DNA of 64,000 nt. Origin: Tubulanus polymorphus. Lineage: Eukaryota > Animalia > Nemertea. The stretch is from contig NC_134026.1 in NCBI RefSeq assembly GCF_964204645.1, positions 18,572,150 to 18,636,149 on the forward strand, written 5' to 3'. Made by a program: the position numbers and the translations under genes. The notes beneath the pieces are model-generated. The model was not told the origin of the DNA. It saw only the letters and a list, made by a program, of their open reading frames with translations, and did not search any database. This document shows, in pieces, positions 25,860 to 38,334 of this stretch (its first letter is position 1; every line of letters starts with the position of its first letter).

Positions 25860-27100
25860 TACACAAATCTATTAGCTGATAACCTGTGTTATTTGTTCTT
25901 TGTCCTGATTATTTCTAAGAGTGGATATGCCTGAATTAATTAACGCATGTGAATCAACAATAAGATCTAAATTATCATCATCCCGCATTCTCTCATTATC
26001 AGGTTCCAAAAAGTCTGGCATACAAGCGGTGTGAGCATTAAAATCACCGGTAATTAACACATTAAATTTGTATTCAACCTTTAATTGTAATAACTCTAGC
26101 TCAATCTCCCTAATAGCCCTTTCTGAGTAATATGGACTGTTTTCAGGGGGAATATAAACAACACCTTTGTCGCAGTTAAATAAATCTTTTCCTAATAAAT
26201 ACCAAGATACAAATTGACAGTCAGTTGAAATAGGTTTAATTTTAGTTTTTAAACATTTTTTGTATATGATACCTATACCACCCGATCCCTTTTTTGAGAA
26301 TTTCTTCCCATTCTTAAGTGCGCTATGTGAGAAGCAGGCAAACTGCAACCTAAATTACCATCTACATCATCTAAATGGGTTTCAGTGAGACATATAAAAT
26401 TGTTATTGCTGATATATTCAATAAATTCTGGGATACAAGTTTACTTATCAAGCCACATACGTTCAACGTTAAGAATTTTAATGTTTCTATGCAAGGTGAA
26501 TCATTAACATTTGCTGTACAGTTTCCATTTACTCTATTCACACCAAAAGTGCTATAGTTTTGGGTTATATCTGGTCCGTGAGTTGTGCTATTTACACTGA
26601 AATTTTTATTTACACTATCATTATTTACACAAGAGTCAACATTTTCTCTATTTACATTGGAATTGTTATCATAAAAACATACACTATTTACAAACTCAAC
26701 AACAAAACAACGATCACGCGATATGCAAAACGGTCTATGAATTGCACACATAGTCCCTCCACAGCATCCTAGCTACTGTCCATCGGCGCACGGTTAGTGT
26801 TATCACGGATCACTAACTTGTCCCGAACGAAAAAAGCTTGTTTGTCTCTAGCTTTCGCAGCTCTCAGCTCTGGAAGTTGCTTACATCACCTTGCAGCCCA
26901 CTCCTCAGGCACCTACTCGCTTAATCCGAGAGACGATCCTGCAAGATTTTTTGCAGTAGAGTGCACAACTTCACGATCCTTGATGAACGCAAACTTCGCT
27001 ACAGTCAGACGTGGTTTCTTTTGGTCTTGCTTCATCTTCCCGAGCCGGTGCAATCTCGCAAACTTAATCGAATCCACAGTCTCTCTCTGTAATTTCAAAT
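25860..27100 (-). mobile_element. LINE 5' fragment: ORF1 C-terminus and ORF2 APE endonuclease
   Basis: ORF1 ARLHRLGK..PRLTVAKF..AKNLAGSSLGLSE; APE LKFLTLNVCGL, SGGIGIIYK, VYIPPENS, ITGDFNAHT. Confidence 0.85.
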
Positions 27101-27204
27101 CGTTTGTGTCACTGCTGACAAAAATTCACTGCTATTCACTGCCAATGAAAAGTCAAATTCACTGCCATTTGGCTACCTAGTAAAGACATGTTACCAAAAG
27201 ACTA

Positions 27205-28125
27205 TAGACCGGGAGCTGGCTCCATTTATTCAAGTGAAGAGGGGAATACCTGTTTATGCCTTCATTTGATTGGTATTATGGCACGCATACAGGATCGGAA
27301 CTTCTGCCGAGGCGCAGCCTGCTAGTTTGGCCCCTGGGGGCAATATTTTAGACCCAAATTGAAGGCTTTATTCAAGTTTTGGAAGGAATGAAAAAATCCA
27401 TGTTATTATGATTCATTGTATGCCTGCCATGGATTTTCTGCTACTGACAGAAATTTTTGCTTGCTACAAGCCCGGGACAGAAGCATTTTAGGGGGTCAGC
27501 AATACGTGTTTATTCAAGTGAAAAGAGGAATGAATGATTTTTCTTTCAAAGTGAAGTTTATACACCAGAACAATAAAAAATGCCCATGACTGAAATTTTC
27601 TGGTGATAGTTTGTCTGGACAGAAGCCCCAAAGTGCCACACCCTGGCCCACATGGATTTATACAAGTCTATTGAGGAATGGTTGAAATAAGTTTTATTCA
27701 AACAGTATATATCAGATATACATGAAATTGGGTTTAACAGACATTTTTGCTTGCTACAAGCCCGGGACAGAAACATTTTAGGGGGTCAGCAATACGTGTT
27801 TATTCAAGTGAAAAGAGGAATGAATGATTTTTCTTACAAAGTGAAGTTTATACACCAGAACAATAAAAAATGCCCATGACTGAAATTTTCTGGTGATAGT
27901 TTGTCTGGACAGAAGCCCCAAAGTGCCACACCCTGGCCCACATGGATTTATACAAGTCTATTGAGGAATGGTTGAAATAAGTTTTACTCAAACAGTATAT
28001 ATCAGATATGCATGAAATTGGGTTTAACAGACATTTTTGCTTGCTACAAGCCCGGGACAGAAACATTTTAGGGGGTCAGCAATACGTGTTTATTCAAGTG
28101 AATAGAGGAATGAATGATTTTTCTT
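27205..28125. repeat. Academ left TIR containing ~2.3 tandem 290-bp units
   Basis: TTTTTGCTTGCTACAAGCCCGGGACAG recurs at ~27454, 27744 and 28034; inverted copy at ~33625-34544. Confidence 0.93.
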
Positions 28126-28290
28126 GTTTGCTAGATATGATTTATTCAAACTATAAAAAGTGTAAGCTTTCACGGAAATTCACATATCTTCAGAATAACG
28201 TAATAAGTCTCTTAATAGAGAAATTGTCATATTATGTACAAGTTTACATGTATAGCGGGCAAGTATCAGTAAGTATAGCTTGATAACTTG

Positions 28291-31200
28291 TTAGTCACAA
28301 TCATCATCATCACTGTCACTCTCACTGTCACTCGTCCATGGAGTATCTTCCAAAAGATCTAATTCTAAGCTAGTTTCATTCTCATTTCCATCGTCATCAT
28401 CGTCAATGTCTGTGTCTGCATCATATACGTCAGAAAATTCATCTGAAATACCGGTAGCACTTTCTGTAGTAGGTTCTTCTGAAAGTTTCTCTGGAAGAGC
28501 GTTTCCTTCATACTAGTATGGTAAATAGTTACCATCGTCATTGAACCATCCGTAGTTCAACGGGTTAATTCCACTGGTTGGATTTGCTGTACTGGCTCGT
28601 CTCCACAGAATAGCAATGTAGTTTACTCGCAACAGATGCTGGTCCAGGCTTTTCTGACATGGAGGTAGAGATGCACAATTTATCTTTTTCACCTTTTCAG
28701 TCATCTTACCACCTGATGTCATTTTTATGAAGTTCTGATATCTTGCCTCATTGATGTCATTCAAGTTCTTGAATCCATAAAGTTTGCAAATGAACTTACA
28801 AACTGCAGCTTTGTCAATGTTGTCAGTGGTAAGAGATTGGAGGGCTGCAACAGCGCTTTTATCATGTTCCAGTTTTGACAAAGGAATGGCCTTTCCCTTC
28901 CGATAGAATGATGACGTAAAATCGCAACCAGTTAGAGCATGGAATGCAATCATAGATTCCGCAAGCCCAGGCTGCTTTGCATTAAGACTCCTTGCAATGC
29001 CTGATGCATCAATATAACGGCGGTTATTGGCTGAACCATAGTCCATGACGAGACGTATATCAGGTATCTTCTCTGCCACGGATATGAGAAGCACCAATAC
29101 ATCGGTATCAGATGACCTAATCAGAGTATTTCCAGTTGTTCTTGCAGCATGGAACACTATGAGTGTATCAGCTTCTTCGTGAGTTGCCTGGTACTGTTCT
29201 GGTTCTTCAGACTTCAGCATTCCCATCGAATTTACCCAAAGCTTCACACATTTTCCACCATGGGACACAAAAACTGTCTTGTTGTCTATCACTGGACAAA
29301 AGTGCTCCTTCTTGAATTCAGACAATAAAAATGCTGCAAAAGCCTCTTTAAATGGGCCACTTTTCAGGAGATCAATGCCCTTTTTCTGCTGTTGCTGTTC
29401 TGAACTGGTTATATTGAAGCTTTCGGTTTGGCCACCTCTTTTTTGTCGTTCACAGTCTTTTATTGAAGGTTGAGAGTAACGGTCGAGCAGGAGATGAACT
29501 GACAGGGCTTTAGTTCGACAAACCTTTACCATTACACTTCTCGCTATGGCACCATATGATGATGTATTGTGTGTCGGTAGTACTTCATGTAAAAGTAGCC
29601 CACCATCAATCAGAAGTGTATCAATAGGTTCATTTGGATCGTATGATGTTTCAAGATACTTTTCAAGAACTTTTGTCAAATTGGCTTTTTCTGTTTTCGT
29701 AGGCATGCCATCAGCATGTGCTAAGCATAGTGGCACAATAGTAATTGGGAATTTCAGAATCTTCTGAAGATCGATGTTTTTTTCCATCGTAAGTAAGTGA
29801 CCGAATGCATCGCGTACCCCTTCCGCGGCAGTCAGAGCTTTTTTCTCCCGAGTATTTTTTGGTTTCAGATTTTCTGCTGCAAAATTCGACACTTTTACGC
29901 GCTTAACCTTCTTTAGCATTCGCGTGTTGCTTCCTGTGCATTCATCATAGAACTGTTTCTTGAGTGCTGCACCACGATTTAGAACACCAGTCAAGTAGTC
30001 TACAGTTGCTTTGTTAGCTATTTTTCCGGTGGCCAAATTCACCAATTGTGTTGGCGAGCTGTTTTCAAATGGATTGCACGTTTTCGCTAGGTACTCTTGA
30101 AATGATTGCATGTCTTTGTTATCGCGTCGAATCCTGTGTTTTGTCCGTTGTTTCATGGGAGCTTCTCCAGCTTCAATGCCACTTTGTGTTTTAAGTTCAG
30201 AAACTGCAAGGCTTCTCTGGGTAAGTGTCACACACCACCGCCGAAATGCTGAATCGGAATTCCCGAAGTGTGTTATTCCTGTCGAAGATGAAGCAGCATC
30301 CCGATTTACTGTCTGCTCAAGAGTGATGTCGATTGGTGACCGTGAGTAGGAGTTTTTTGTCCGTCTAGTTGAAAATGCGCCCGCTTTTAAAACATCTAAT
30401 GCAGCTGGCTCAAGTTTTCTCAGGTTCTCCAGAAACCATGTCCCCCAACGAGCGTAATTGGGCCGATTGAGAGCGAAGAAGATTTCCACTAATCATGGAA
30501 AAACAGTTATGTACAGATTGACATCATTCATGCGAACAGCACGCTGGATTTCTCTATATACACGGTTAATCAAGTAAATGTAAATAGCCCAGAACGCAGC
30601 AGTGCTGCCGAGTTTTCCCTCAATGACCGACTTCAAAAACGTCTCAAAGTCGATTGTTAATACATTGAAGTCTTTGTGGTCTGCAATTTCAACCAAGAAG
30701 TCTTTATCACTGGTGGAAGCAGCCTTGAGTGTTTCTATTATATGAATATATTTGTCAGAATTTTCAGCTTCCAATAGGAATCGTTCAAACAAAGCTTTTT
30801 CGAAACATCCCGCAATAATTTGGTGAAGCCGCGTACATCTCTTATAAAACTTCCCCTTCACAAAGCCATTTAACGATCCTTCGGCTAGAATTCCTGATTC
30901 TGTCATGAGATACTCTAAGCCTGATTCAGCTATCATTGTCCCAATGGCACCAAAAAATGCTAGTTCTACATGAAAGTGGCCGAGTAAAATGATAAGTTTA
31001 TCAAACTTTGGCTGATGAAGAACTTGTATCGAATATGCCTTAAGAGCAACGGCAAGATCATAGGTTACAGGATGGTAAGGCATACCTGATTCTTCTGCAA
31101 CTAGCATTGATCGGTTCATTGTCTCATAAACGACGTCATTTCGAGTCGGTGACTGTGAAATTGGGTCAAGGTAGGCTACAGCAGTAATGGGCAAATGGTC

Positions 31201-32997
31201 TTCAACAAACATTGAGAAGAACCCGTTAAACATTGGAATATCTTTATAAACTGAAATGGCTGGCCATAAAATATCCAAAGTTTTTGCTGTCTGGAGTTTC
31301 GTCGAATCATCTTCTTTGTGTGCTTTACTGAAATCAAATTTTGCCAGTTTAAGATTGCTGTGAAATGGTGGAATTGTTTTCACTGGTCCATCATATCTTC
31401 TCCTTGGTCGGACAGATGTTGACTCACTGTTCTCAAATCGAGCAGTCGGCTGGCCAATATCATCAGGAGGGATATTCTGGTAAGCTATTCCGACTGTCAC
31501 ATGCAGGCTAGCTTTGCCATCGAGCGTTTCAATGTTTAAATCATAATTGTCCCACGCTGTACCTGAAATAAGAAGGCAGAAATCGAATTATTTCTCCCAT
31601 CTCCGATCAATGATCAGTTCCAAACGAGACAGAAATTCTTTCTAAAACACTGCTTACCTGTTGCCAGGTATGGAGCAAGCTTTATTCCTGCGGGTGTCTC
31701 TAAGTTTCTTGAGCTACACGTGTATGCCAGCTCATTCTCTATTCGTTTGCACTCATCGTAGCTGATTGAATGACCATTTCGGTTGAGAATTTTGAGAGTA
31801 GTTTTTGATCCCAGCATTGATGACAACCCTAATCCAAGGAATGTGCTCTTCCAAGGACGAACAGCACCACGTGTTGTCGAAAAAACCGCATCAGATGAAA
31901 GAGCTTTTGCTCTTCTTTCTACATTTTGGTTCATGCTACTTGAGAGACCATTAAGAAGTGTTTGGAAAAATGTCTCCGTTAGTGGTGGTATATCTGGAGC
32001 TGATGATTTTAAACTTTCAATTGACGTAGGCACAGGTAACTTTGTTTTAGCCATATTTAGCATTTCTGAACGCAAAGTCATAGCTGTGCTTCTAACGCTT
32101 TCATATAATGGAATCATATTCTGAAGTTTGGATTTTGCTATTTCGAACTCCAATTCACAGTTATAGACGAAGTTGCCTTTTCGATTGCATTCTTTTCCAA
32201 TAACAATCCTGTCCCCAAATCTATTTTTCAGCTTTTCAGTTAAGTTTTGGTAAGTGTACGAGTCGAGATCAGCCCTGAGTCCACCCTCAGAGATATACAA
32301 TTCCTTATACAGCTCCATCAGATGAGATACATATTTTGGGCACTTCATTTCAAGTACCTCAGTTTCAATAAGGTCTGATAAACTAGAAAATGCTGCCTCA
32401 TGTAGTTTTCTACCAGATGATTTTGAGACGGTGTGTTTTTTTTTAGTTTCACGCAGGAACTGGCGTTTACAAGAATTGTGATACTTCGCCTCGATTGCGA
32501 CCAGGTCATCAGTTGCAAGAGACCTTATTCGCTGGCTTTGTTCATTTTCAGGATGTCTCAATGCAGCATCAATAATCTCTTTACTTGATTGTAGAGACTC
32601 GAATGTACACATTTTTTCTATGCTTCCATCTTTACCTCTAATTCTTTTTGTTTTATGAGGGCAGAAAATACATTTATCATGGAGGATGCCTTTGGAATTG
32701 GACCTTGGTAAGTCAGATGATGACCTAGTGGCTTTAGGTGGTGTGCATAAAGGCTCGCCTTGTGATTCACTTTCCCTTTTCTTAGCACATTTGACAGCGG
32801 TAAATCTCCTATTGCACTCACTATGATAATGAAGTTCAAAGGAATCTGCGGTAGACAAGATATATTTAGAGGCATCTTTGAAAACATCTCTCGGACGATT
32901 CAGGCGAACTTCAGCCGCTTTGCGTAAATTTTCTTTTGATTTATACACTCTGAGACCACTCGATTCTTGTTCATTTTTATTGCAGATTACGCATTTC
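28291..32997 (-). pseudogene. Academ transposase with XPG/PIN-like nuclease domain; one intron (31563-31657), frameshift at ~30490, premature TAG at 28513
   Basis: AWDNYD, TYDLAVALKA, LGHFHVE, NRPNYARW, DITLEQTVNRD, LLIDGG, THEEADT, RSSDTDV, HALTGCDFTSSF, LPPC, YGW. An acidic tail continues in frame past the TAG to ~28291. Confidence 0.92.
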
Positions 32998-33624
32998 TGT
33001 AAATCGGGAATAAAGGCAACTTAACATTAAATGTTGAATAGTACGAGTTTTTGTATCAACGTTTAATTGCTGTGTCTCATGGTATCCATTGGCTCTCATT
33101 GGATGGACAAGGGATTATATAATCTATAGATAATATTTAAAAAATTTATGTTTTCTAACATGTTTTTCAAATTTTAAAAACTCTGTGTACCTTAACGCCA
33201 ACGAGCACATTAGTGGCAATAGCATCTTCGATTCTCCCAGCCTGATCTGATGCTGCTTCAGACGAAGATATTGCGGACAAGCCCTGAAATTAAAAGCTTA
33301 TATTGCATATATCTCGCTTATCTTAACTTTATAAAAAATGAGATTCAGGGGGGATATTTTCAACTGATGGGTTGACCTTACCTAATAGATAGGTTATATT
33401 TCTAATTTAACATGTTTGATTTCTATACTTACAGTTATAAAGCTTTCTTCAAGATCCATTGTTTCTGACCATGTTATGGCTATAGGCTACTATATATTAA
33501 CCATGTAGAGTCGGGGTGTAGAGTAAAGCACACTAATCACAAAAGTTTTATTGACTGTTTGGCCTTGTTTTAACATCTGGCAGAACATATTTCAATATTG
33601 TGCTGTATGAACTTCATTTTGGAA

Positions 33625-34544
33625 AAAAAAACATTCATTCCTCTTTTCACTTGGATAAACACGTATTGCTAACCCCCTAAAATGCTTCTGTCCCGGGCTT
33701 ATAAGCAAGTGAAAATGTCTGTTAAACCCAATTTTATCTACTACTTATATAAACTGTTGAAGCAAAACTGATTTCAACCATTCCTCAATAGACTTGTATA
33801 AATCCATGTGGGCCAGGGTGTGGCACTTTGGGGCTTCTGTCCAGACAAACTATCACCAGAAAATTTCAGTCATGGGCATTTTTTATTGTTCTGGTGTATA
33901 AACTTCACTTTGTAAGAAAAATCATTCATTCCTCTTTTCACTTGAATAATTACGTATTGCTGACCCCCTAAAATGTTTCTGTCCTGGGCTTGTAGCAAGC
34001 AAAAATGTCTGTTAAACCCAATTTCATGTATATCTGATATATACTGTTTGAATAAAACTTATTTCAACCATTCCTCAATAGACTTGTATAAATCCATGTG
34101 GGCCAGGGTGTGGCACTTTGGGGCTTCTGTCCAGACAAACTATCACCAGAAAATTTCAGTCATGGGCATTTTTTATTGTTCTGGTGTATAAACTTCACTT
34201 TGAAAGAAAAATCATTCATTCCTCTTTTCACTTGAATAAACACGTATTGCTGACCCCCTAAAATGCTTCTGTCCCAGGCTTGTAGCAAGCAAAAATTTCT
34301 GTCAGTATCAGAAAATCCATGGCAGGCATACAATGAATCATAATAACATGGATTTTTTCATTCCTTCCAAAACTTGAATAAAGCCTTCAATTTGGGTCTA
34401 AAATATTGCCCCCAGGGGCCAAACTAGCAGGCTGCGCCTCGGCAGAAGTTCCGATCCTGTATGCGTGCCATAATACCAATCAAATGAAGGCATAAACAGG
34501 TATTCCCCTCTTCACTTGAATAAATGGAGCCAGCTCCCGGTCTA
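33625..34544. repeat. Academ right TIR with 290-bp tandem units
   Basis: Reverse complement of 27205-28125; the innermost ~150 bp is more diverged. Confidence 0.93.
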
Positions 34545-34950
34545 CTATGGATAGAGCCAAACAATCAAACACCCGCTGAAGAACCAAAAAGCACCAACTA
34601 GGTATATTCGCATAATACTTCATTTATTAAACATGAACTGCTTTTGATTGTCTTCTCATTATAAGGCTTAAAAAGCCAATTAAAATCTAAATGGCGGATT
34701 GGGATTCGAAACCAAATAAAAAAATATATGGTAGTACTCCATAGAAAACAGCAGGGTCAATGAAAGTTAATTTATATATAGCCTCACCTAACCCTAACCC
34801 TATTCTTTCACGCATGATGTGCGTATTTAGTCACGTATGGGTAGCCACTTTACTACAATTGAACGCAAATGAAAACATTTATCATTATTTAGAAGAAATG
34901 GTCATTTCAAAAGCACACACTTCCCACAGCGATTGTTGTTGAGATCTTTT

Positions 34951-36986
34951 TTATTATAATAATGATAATAAGTAATAATAATTTATTTTCTTATAAAGCC
35001 CAAGTCTAAAACATAATCATTGCACTTGACATTAAAAAGAAAACATACATAAAATAGAGACACATATAAAGAAATTTACATATTAAGTGGAATACTTGAC
35101 TAGAAGTTATGACAAATATGTTCGATTAAAAAGAAAAGTTTTGAGACTAGTTTTAAAAGATTGAACAGTAGGACTAGTTTTAACGTGACTAGGAAGCCCA
35201 TTCCATAATGCTGGCGCCGCACACCTAAAAGCCCTCTCACCCAATTTCCGATTTGACTTAGGTATGACTAGATTATTGGTTACTGAATTGGATCTGAAAG
35301 TTGTCGTGATTGAGTGTAAACAGTTAAAAGAGATTTTAAATACTGAGGAGCAGTATCATTAAGACATTTATAGACAGTTAAAAGAATTTTGAACTCTGAT
35401 CGAACAGCAATTGGCAGCCAATGTAGATCCATTAGAATAGGTGTAATATATGTTCAAACTTTCTAGTTCTTGTTATAAGCCTTGCAGCATTATTTTGAAT
35501 TAGTTGTAGGAGATTAACTAGTGTGTTATTGAATCCAACAAGTAATGAGTTTGCGTAGTCCAAACGAGATGTGACCAGAGAATTTACAGCAGTTTTACAT
35601 GATTTATCATCAAGTAGGTTACGTATCTTACCAATAGTATATAAGTGAAAATTCGCAGCTTTACATACATTACTAACATGGTCAACGAGTGACAAAGAAT
35701 CGCCAAATAAAACACCTAAATTACGAATACATTGAGATGGATAGATCTTTGCACCATCTATAGTAAGAAAAATATCATTAGGCAGAAGACTCTTAAAATG
35801 CGGAGTTCCAAGTATGATAAATTCTGTCTTTTCACCGTAAGCTTTGAGTTTGTTTATGGTTAGCCAATTGAAAATGACACTGACTAGTTTATTTAACATA
35901 TTATGTGTACTTGAAATTTCAACAAAGCATTTAGGATTGACAAACTGATAAAGCTGTTGGTCATCAGCATATATATGATACAGAGTAGAAAGCTGACGGA
36001 TAATCTCTCCAATAGGTAATATATATAACGTAAAAAGTAGAGGCCCTAAAACGGAACCTTGTGGGATACCACATTTAAGTGGTTTACTTGAGGAGCTCGA
36101 TCCCTCGACAACTACAGTTTGAGTACGGTTATCCAAGTACGAACGAATCAAATTAAGTACACTGCCATCAAACCCAAAATCTGATCGAAGACGTTCAATA
36201 AGAATACCATGGTCTATTGTGTCAAAAGCTGCCGAGAGATCAAGCATAACCATAAAAAAAACTTAGCCATCATCCATACCAAATAAAATATCATTGGTGA
36301 CTCTGAGTGGAGCCGTTTCAGTGCTATGATGTGCACGGTAGGCAGACTGAAACGGTTCAAAAAGATTATGATTTTTAAGGTGATCAATAATTCTAGAAGA
36401 TATGACCTTCTCAATGACTTTGGACATGAAAGGAATATTATATACTGGTCGGTAGTTCTTAAAAATTTGGTTATCAAGAGATACCTTTTTTAACACTGGA
36501 TGAACAATTGCATGTTTAAATTCTTCTGGAAAAACACCAGATGTAATGCATTGGTTAACTATTCTAACAAATACACTAAGCATACCAGATGTAGATAAGA
36601 CTGATTTAAATAAGGCTTTAGGGACTGGATCCAACAAACAGGACTTAGGGGCCATTGACCCAATGATTTTACCTAGTTCGTGATCATCAGTTACATTTAA
36701 ATTACTCAATATTGGGGGATTACGTTCTTCAAGCGAAAATAGGGGATCACATTCAACTTTGTCAAGATCACAACGAATAGTTTCAATCTTCTCTGAGAAG
36801 TATGTAGAGAAATTTTCAGCTAATTCTACACTCTGACCAGTGGGCAGTTGCCGTGAATTATTATTCAAAAGGTCATTATTTATGATTTTAAAGGTTTGTT
36901 TTACATCAGTCATTTTACTACAGTAGTATGCAGATTTAGCAGTTTTTATCATATCGACGACTAAATTACGTTGGTGAATATACATA
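34951..36986 (-). mobile_element. 5'-truncated L2/CR1-group LINE (RT) with (TTA)n-like tail
   Basis: NYRPV, FQSAYRAHHSTETA, MLDLSAAFDTIDH, GIPQGSVLGPLLF, YADDQQLY, LHWLP, AFRCAAPALWNGLP. Tail at 34951-34990; inserted in a T-run of the hAT derivative. Confidence 0.93.
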
Positions 36987-37499
36987 TCCTTTTGCCAAAC
37001 ATATCATCTAACTGTTTGAGAGGTTATGCCATCTTGTGTTAAACAACGGTCAAACTGGTAATCCTTAAGCGTGTGGACTTCGTCTAGTAACTCAAGCCAT
37101 TTTTTCTCGATTTGGGGAGGGAGTGGATCCCTTATCCCTTATCCCATCCCTTATTACGACGTCAGATATCTTGGATCATGATTTTTTCGCGATACATCAC
37201 TGGTGCCCCGAATCCGAATGTATCGTATATGCTGGATAGTATTGCTGTGACATTTCATTTTAATGGCATTTCGTTAATGGCAATTTTACGCTTTGTGGAA
37301 TAGACATTCTTATTGAAATCTTGTCATCTGCTTTATTCCACAAGACAGCCAATACTTTCATCGCTTTACTCTCCCGGCTCACTTGATAGTTGCAGAGATG
37401 CTAGGGCCAAAGTACCAAAATTCCGGAATTTAGAAAGGGGGTCTGGAGGCCCCCAGACAAAATTTTGCGTTTTTGCACCGCCGGAGATGCGTTCTAGAG

Positions 37500-37920
37500 C
37501 GATCTGGTTGGTCTCGGTAACTGTTACTACATTTTCAATATGCGGAGCAGCACCATACGGAACGGATACTTTTCCTTGTGTCGATGTACTAGCGGCAGTG
37601 TCACGATGGGCATCTTCCATCTGAAAATACGACGGCAGGCATTCGTTGTGCTTCACACCCCTCGCTGCCTTCTTATGCCGCGCGCTATCCGGGTGACGAA
37701 GAATATCTTTTTTCTCGCCACTACCGTATTTGACCAGGTCTTTACAAACGACGCAGTACGCAACGCCAGCTAATTCTAACTTACGAATGTAGTTCGATAA
37801 GTTGTCCCCGTTACTGTCCTTACACTCTAGCCAGTGCCAGTTAAATTTATTTTTTATACCGCTGTCAATTGCCTTTATATCGGCATACTCCCGACTGACA
37901 ATCTTTCCGTGCGTGCTCAT
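37500..37920 (-). pseudogene. N-terminal zinc-finger fragment of a hAT-like transposase
   Basis: KNKFNWHWL..AYCVVCKDLVKYGS..DILRH....RH (BED-like Zn finger); no catalytic domain retained. Confidence 0.6.
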
Positions 37921-38334
37921 TTTGCAGACCGTCCCGCTTGACAGCTGCAGGTAAAAAGAAAGTTACAAAGCTGCGTGCCTCAGGACATAGCACGCACGTG
38001 CTAATAATTGAGATGATATTTATTAAATATAATCTTAATTATTACCACGTGCATCTTCACATTGTTGGCGGTCAGCGGAACGATGTACAACGGCGCGTAA
38101 CGATTTGACTATTAATTGGAAATGGCGTCACAACAGTGGTGCTCCGCCTACGCACGCACAGATACCACAACAAGCACACGTATATACATTGTAGCAGAAC
38201 GTCCTCGGAAACAGAGATCAAGATAAAATAACACAGAAGCGACGACGAGTACAAGCAAACGAACGCTTTTACGGTCCGTGCCATTACTGGTCGCCGCGAG
38301 GAATTCTCACCCAATTTCCGGAATTGACATCGGC

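Larger units (their letters stand above)
27205..34544 (-). mobile_element. Full-length Academ (AcademX-like) DNA transposon, 7340 bp, 3-bp TSD CTA
   Basis: Ends TAGACCGGGAGCTGG...CCAGCTCCCGGTCTA; CTA at 27202-04 and 34545-47, with the empty site visible at ~49540-49550; ~920-bp TIRs. Confidence 0.95.
27106..37022 (-). mobile_element. Internally deleted copy of the hAT at 49437-53336, split by Academ and L2 insertions (pieces 27106-27204, 34548-34950, 36990-37022)
   Basis: Near identity to 49447-49693 and 52425-52725; deletion junction TAAAATCTAAATG/GCGGATTGGG at ~34693. Confidence 0.92.

Noticed and set aside
27558-34191. Three near-identical 72-aa ORFs (MFLSRACSKQ...)
   Set aside because: They fall in the 290-bp units of the Academ TIRs; no coding evidence.
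34786-34800. CCTAACCCTAACCC as interstitial telomere (also ~52518)
   Set aside because: Only two units, embedded in the HINE-like module.
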